NCBI GenBank assembly: GCA_038203565.1 | Contig: JBBRDV010000001.1 | Span: forward strand, 72,335-136,334 | DNA from: Atribacterota bacterium | GTDB lineage: Bacteria; Atribacterota; Phoenicimicrobiia; Phoenicimicrobiales; Phoenicimicrobiaceae | Reading direction: 5' to 3' | Length of the DNA: 64,000 nucleotides | Shown here: piece after piece, positions 59,748-64,000 of the stretch | Numbering within the stretch: position 1 is the stretch's first letter | How the letters are laid out: every line of letters starts with the position of its first letter | The notes under the pieces: model-generated | Databases searched by the model: none | What the model saw: only the letters and a program-made list of their open reading frames with translations | What the model was told of the DNA's origin: nothing | Made by a program: the position numbers and the translations under genes

Positions 59748-60581
59748 TTATTTCTGGTTCCGTAAATCTTCCCTTTCATAAGCACGGATAATCTCCTGAA
59801 CCAATCTGTGTCGCACCACGTCCCGATCATTAAGATATACAAATTCGATACCTTTTATATTTTTAAATATCTTTTCCACTCTTGTTAATCCAGAATGTTC
59901 TTTAAGTGGTAAATCTATCTGAGTAATATCCCCATTAATTATAACTTTAGAACCAAAACCAAATCGGGTTAAAAACATCTTCATCTGCCCAAAAGTAGTA
60001 TTTTGAGCATCATCCAAAATAATAAAGGAATTATTTAAGGTTCTTCCTCTCATATAGGCTAATGGGGCTATTTCTATTATCCCTCTTTCCATATACTTTT
60101 GAAATTTTTCGGAAGGCATCATTTCGTACATTGCATCATATAAGGGGCGAAAATAGGGGTCTATCTTTTCCAATAAATCTCCGGGTAAATAACCTAAACT
60201 TTCTCCGGCTTCTACCGCTGGTCTAACCAAAATTATTCTATCTACTTCTTCATTCTTTAGGGCAGATAAAGCAATAGCAACTGCTAAGTAGGTCTTTCCC
60301 GTTCCAGCAGGTCCGATAACAAAGACAATATCATTCTTTTTAACAGCTTCTATATATTTCTGTTGACCTAAAGTTTTTGGCTTAATCTCTTTATCTTTTT
60401 TAAAAACGAGAATCACGTCTTTGTATAATAATTTCCAATCTACAGGCTGGTTACTCTGAGACATTTCGACATGGTATTTTACCTGTGCTAAAGAAAGTGG
60501 ATGCCCATTCCTAATTATAGAGAGAAGCTCTTCAATTATTTTTACAGCCTTATCCGTTTCGCTTTTTATCCCTAAAATCAC
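59748..60581 (-). CDS. phoH: PhoH family ATPase (GTG start in ORF track; homology continues upstream)
   Basis: IGPAGTGKTYLAV..RPAVEAGESLGYLPGDL. The same frame stays open up to 60737 and there encodes ..NELRELFGQYDENIKLINQHFTIKISTQNDSKL, which looks like the PhoH N-terminal domain, but with no ATG/GTG/TTG start. Confidence 0.85.
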   Translation of the reverse strand: MILGIKSETDKAVKIIEELLSIIRNGHPLSLAQVKYHVEMSQSNQPVDWKLLYKDVILVFKKDKEIKPKTLGQQKYIEAVKKNDIVFVIGPAGTGKTYLAVAIALSALKNEEVDRIILVRPAVEAGESLGYLPGDLLEKIDPYFRPLYDAMYEMMPSEKFQKYMERGIIEIAPLAYMRGRTLNNSFIILDDAQNTTFGQMKMFLTRFGFGSKVIINGDITQIDLPLKEHSGLTRVEKIFKNIKGIEFVYLNDRDVVRHRLVQEIIRAYEREDLRNQK

Positions 60582-60767
60582 TAACTTGCTATCATTTTGG
60601 GTTGATATCTTTATAGTAAAATGCTGGTTGATAAGTTTGATATTTTCATCATATTGTCCAAAAAGTTCTCTTAGCTCATTTTTATTATTAATTGATATGC
60701 TATGACTTATGTTTTTATCTTTTTCTATTATAATTCCCTACTTTCGTAAAATATAGTAAAGGAACTA

Positions 60768-60826
60768 AAAGTGTAAAACGCTAAACGCTGTACACTCTTC
60801 GCTAGTTTTGTTCGCTAACGATTAAT
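60768..60826. repeat. composite intergenic repeat: ACGCT module + 17-mer terminus
   Basis: AAAACGCTAAACGCTGTACACTCTTCGCTAGTTTTGTTCGCTAACGATTAAT. Modules of the same kind occur at 2481-2554, 6896-6952, 24593-24684, 25781-25826 and 31532-31552. Confidence 0.65.
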
Positions 60827-61234
60827 TTATCGTAATCTTTTATATCTCTGAAAATCATAAGGCCTTAAAGCTCTAGGCGGAGCAATTATCTCTGATAATA
60901 TTATTCCGTTAACCAGAATATTATTAGATAAATATATTTCCAATCCGCTTTCCCGGCTAGATGAAATTTCTTCTCCATCTTCTACTACCGGTTTTTCAGC
61001 TAAAACCTCTTTCTCTTTATCCTCAACTTTGTTCTTATAAAATTCTTTAACCTCTTCATCTATAATAATTTTATCCCCGGGCGGACCTGCTTCATCCTGA
61101 ATTTCTGAAAATACCGAGATGGAATTATCTTCTTCTTTCCGCATTAAGCTATAAGATTTTCTTTTCTTATTTCCTATCCGGCTTAATAAACTTATTATAA
61201 TATAGAAAATAGATATATATAAAACTAATGACAT
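60827..61234 (-). CDS. hypothetical small membrane protein (positional YqfB-like, downstream of floA)
   Basis: 135 aa with an N-terminal TM helix and an acidic middle region. No recognisable motif. Confidence 0.4.
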   Translation of the reverse strand: MSLVLYISIFYIIISLLSRIGNKKRKSYSLMRKEEDNSISVFSEIQDEAGPPGDKIIIDEEVKEFYKNKVEDKEKEVLAEKPVVEDGEEISSSRESGLEIYLSNNILVNGIILSEIIAPPRALRPYDFQRYKRLR

Positions 61235-61271
61235 TGTTTACTCTATCCTTTTTAAGTAAAATAATACTATC

Positions 61272-62252
61272 TTATTTATTTTCTTTCTTCTTTGAGGTTT
61301 CAGAGATACTATCCCGCATAGCAGTATCGGCAGCGATATTTTTCAAATTATAATAATCCATTACTCCTAATTTTCCAGTTCTTAACGCTTCTGCCATAGC
61401 CTTAGGAACTTCTGCTTCTGCTTCTACCACCTTTGCTCTCATTTCTTGGACTCTGGCTTTCATTTCTTGCTCCTGAGCTACCGCTAAAGCCCTTCTTTGC
61501 TCGGCCTTGGCTTGAGCAATCTTCTTATCCGCTTCTGCCTGATCAGTTTGCAGCATGGCACCAATATTTTTACCTACATCTACATCCGCAATATCTATGG
61601 ATAATATTTCAAAAGCTGTCCCGGCATCTAAACCTTTTTTTAATACAGTCTTAGAAATATTATCTGGGTTTTCTAAGACATTTTTATGGGTTTCTGCTGA
61701 ACCAATAGTAGTAACAATTCCCTCTCCTACTCTAGCTATAATGGTTTCCTCGCCAGCTCCTCCAACTAACCGTTCAATATTTGCTCTTACCGTCACTCTG
61801 GCAGTGGCCATAACTTGAATACCATTTTTGGCTACCGCTGCTACTATCGGTGTTTTTATTACTTTTGGGTTTACACTCATTTGAACAGCCTCCAAGACAT
61901 CTCTTCCAGCTAAATCAATAGCGGTACCTTTTTCAAAAGATAAAGGAATGCCTGCTCTTTCTGCAGCAATCAAAGCATTAATCACTCGATCAACATTTCC
62001 CCCAGCCAAGTAATGCGCTTCCAATTTATCAATAGAAATGGTCAAACCAGCTTTAGTGGCCTTGATTAAAGCATTAACAATCTGATGAGGAGGAACCCTT
62101 CTAAGTCTCATACCCACCAAAGTAAAAATCCCCACCTTTACTCCTGCCGCTATAGCTGAAATCCATAATCCTACCGGTATAAATTGAAAGAAAATATAGA
62201 TTATAAAAATAACTACAATAATTGGAATCAACGGAACTAATAACTCAGTCAT
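61272..62252 (-). CDS. floA: flotillin-like protein FloA (SPFH/band-7)
   Basis: N-terminal TM helix, an SPFH domain, and a C-terminal Ala/Glu-rich coiled coil ([19 protein letters not shown]). Confidence 0.85.
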   Translation of the reverse strand: MTELLVPLIPIIVVIFIIYIFFQFIPVGLWISAIAAGVKVGIFTLVGMRLRRVPPHQIVNALIKATKAGLTISIDKLEAHYLAGGNVDRVINALIAAERAGIPLSFEKGTAIDLAGRDVLEAVQMSVNPKVIKTPIVAAVAKNGIQVMATARVTVRANIERLVGGAGEETIIARVGEGIVTTIGSAETHKNVLENPDNISKTVLKKGLDAGTAFEILSIDIADVDVGKNIGAMLQTDQAEADKKIAQAKAEQRRALAVAQEQEMKARVQEMRAKVVEAEAEVPKAMAEALRTGKLGVMDYYNLKNIAADTAMRDSISETSKKKENK

Positions 62253-62288
62253 TTCTTTACCTCCTTATTCTAAAATAATAATAAGCTA

Positions 62289-63617
62289 TCAAGAAACATC
62301 AATCGCTTCGACAACTATCTTATTGCCTTCAACACTAATTATTTTAATTTTGCTATTAGAAACAATGTATTCTCCCTGAGTAATAACATCTAATTTTTTG
62401 CCATTAATCTCTGCTATACCAGACGGGCGCAAAGGGGTAATGGTTATGCCTTTTTCCCCGGTCAATCGTTTTAAATCTTTTGTCCCTACTGTATATCCCA
62501 ATTCCTTTTTCTGCTCAGTAGAAAGTACAAACTTTCTCCAGGTTCGAGTGGAAGGAATATATTTAATTAATAAGAAAAACCCTATTACGGATATACTCAG
62601 GGCAATCAAAATAGAATAAGTCGCCTGGGTAATATTCCCAAAAGTAAGAAATATACTGGCTAAAATAGCTGCAATTCCGCTTATTCCAGCCAGACCGAAA
62701 CCGGGAATAAAAAATATTTCTGCCAAAAGCAAAATAAACCCGATTGCAAATAGGATAATTGTTTCAAATCCTGCTAAACCGACGATTATATGTCCTCCAA
62801 AAAATAAAGACAGAGAAATTATTCCTATTAACCCTGCAATCCCCCAGCCTAAAGTCCAAAATTCAATTATCAGTCCTAAAAAACCTATAGACAATAATAA
62901 TGGGCTGACTACAGGATTGGTAATAAATCGGCTTATATTCTCTGCCCAATTTGGATAAATATATACTATTTTAGCATCTTTGAGATTTAGAAAATTTAAA
63001 ACTTCTTCAATATTTGAATAAATACCATCTACAAAATTTAATTTTATAGCTTGTTCTGCATTTAAAGTTAATATTTTATCTTTTTTTATTATACCATTAA
63101 TTTCTACATCTTTGTCAACCATGGCTGCAGCTATATCTTCCGAACGCCCTCTGCTTGAAGCAGTAGAAGTAAATTCAGCCCTTAAGGCTGAAATATTTTT
63201 TTCATCTGCCGGTCTTGGTTCTGCTGCACCGATACTGGCACTTTTATCTATTAGAATATATTCTGCAGATAGAGCAATCAGAGCTCCTGCAGACCAGGCT
63301 CTATTTTTAACATAGGCTACGTTTGGTATATTCAGGCTCAATATCTTATCTCTTATCTGGATAGCGGCATCTACTCTTCCCCCGAAGGTATCAATTTCTA
63401 AAATAACCGCTTTTGCCTTGTTTAAAACCGCTTCCTCTAAAGCCCGCTTTACATAAGAAGACAAACCTAAGTCAATTGTCCCTTTAATGGACACTAAATA
63501 TACTTCATCTATTTCGTTGGCGAACGTGTTTAGAGCAATTAAACTAAAAATTACAAATAGAGTTATAATGATAAGAAATACTTTGTACTTTTTATTTAAA
63601 TTATATTTTATTATCAA
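62289..63617 (-). CDS. NfeD family membrane-bound ClpP-class protease (YqeZ-like)
   Basis: ClpP/crotonase-like domain (GGRVDAA..SAGALIA), a TM segment block, and a C-terminal NfeD OB-fold. TTG start with an AGGAG RBS. Confidence 0.8.
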   Translation of the reverse strand: MIIKYNLNKKYKVFLIIITLFVIFSLIALNTFANEIDEVYLVSIKGTIDLGLSSYVKRALEEAVLNKAKAVILEIDTFGGRVDAAIQIRDKILSLNIPNVAYVKNRAWSAGALIALSAEYILIDKSASIGAAEPRPADEKNISALRAEFTSTASSRGRSEDIAAAMVDKDVEINGIIKKDKILTLNAEQAIKLNFVDGIYSNIEEVLNFLNLKDAKIVYIYPNWAENISRFITNPVVSPLLLSIGFLGLIIEFWTLGWGIAGLIGIISLSLFFGGHIIVGLAGFETIILFAIGFILLLAEIFFIPGFGLAGISGIAAILASIFLTFGNITQATYSILIALSISVIGFFLLIKYIPSTRTWRKFVLSTEQKKELGYTVGTKDLKRLTGEKGITITPLRPSGIAEINGKKLDVITQGEYIVSNSKIKIISVEGNKIVVEAIDVS

Positions 63618-63771
63618 ATAATTTACACTCCTAAGTTAGTCGTTAGTTTGAAATACAATATACAAGATAAACTAGTTAAATAGTTTAATTCTAATAATTT
63701 ATTAACCAATTAACTAAGTAATTAAGCAACAAATCGAGATATATATTAAAATTATAAAATTATAAAAACAA

Positions 63772-63813
63772 AGAAAGACTCAAAATGCTTACCAAGGCAA
63801 GTCTGAGTCTTTC
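63772..63813 (-). terminator. intrinsic terminator downstream of yqeY
   Basis: 10-bp stem GAAAGACTCA / TGAGTCTTTC with a 21-nt loop. On the minus strand it is followed by CTTTGTTTTTATAATTTT. Confidence 0.55.
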
Positions 63814-63815
63814 GT

Positions 63816-64000
63816 TCTTAACATTAATTTTTTGAATTATCCAGAAAATCCCGTAACATTTTATTAACTATTTTCCCATCTGTTTTCCCCTTTAATTGGG
63901 GCATAATTTCTCTCATGGCGGGACCTATGTCTTGTAGGCCTTTAAATTCAAATTTTATAATAGTTTCTTTTACTATTTTCTCTACTTCTTCCTCAGATAA
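63816..64000 (-). CDS. yqeY: GatB/YqeY domain protein, C-terminal part (N-terminus beyond the window end)
   Basis: ..GLQDIGPAMREIMPQLKGKTDGKIVNKMLRDFL*, the C-terminus of the YqeY family. Confidence 0.7.

Noticed and set aside
63618-63815. rpsU (S21) small ORF below the 60-aa ORF-track threshold
   Set aside because: I translated the minus strand of the spacer by eye. It gives only short stop-ridden peptides, none resembling S21.

Overview
This 64 kb window is AT-rich (roughly 30% GC) and is almost entirely a co-directional, minus-strand block of bacterial housekeeping genes. The gene order strongly resembles Bacillota (Firmicutes) loci: topA; plsY-der-rpe; rplS-trmD-rimM-rpsP-ffh-ftsY-smc-rnc; fapR-plsX-fabH-fabD-fabG-acpP; ackA-pta; rsmD-coaD-ylbL-tmcAL; cmk-ispH; scpA-scpB-rluB; trpS; the yqeY-nfeD-floA-phoH-pgpH-ybeY ... 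cdd-recO-glyQ-glyS-PDRP-ppdK region; hppA and pdp. I did not recognise any defence island, prophage, integrase or toxin system. The unusual content is of two kinds. (1) A dense family of short modular intergenic repeats. It comprises a 17-mer ATTCACTAACGACTAAT-type motif at about 12 gene boundaries, two ~175-200 bp MITE-like elements bounded by that motif as inverted termini, a ~67 bp hairpin element present as two inverted copies, and clusters of 7-bp-periodic tandem repeats (CGAGATA / CGATATA / TCGAGTA / CGTATTT and an ACGCT-based ~35 bp module). (2) Several locus-level anomalies: fabF reduced to a 120-codon remnant abutting rnc; a DUF3048 gene frameshifted by a 10-bp tandem duplication; a TAXI-TRAP/DUF1850/2xCNNM/DUF3048 block inserted between ybeY and cdd where dgkA and era are normally found; acetate kinase with a ~45-aa lysine-rich C-terminal tail; phoH homology continuing ~52 codons upstream of its GTG start with no canonical start codon; a large DHH-DHHA1-CBS-poly(A)-polymerase-head-HD fusion protein; and a PPi-linked hppA/ppdK/PDRP neighbourhood fused to a glyQS operon that lacks a T-box leader. 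All calls rest on reading the translated ORFs against family hallmarks and on motifs visible in the sequence. No database search was possible.
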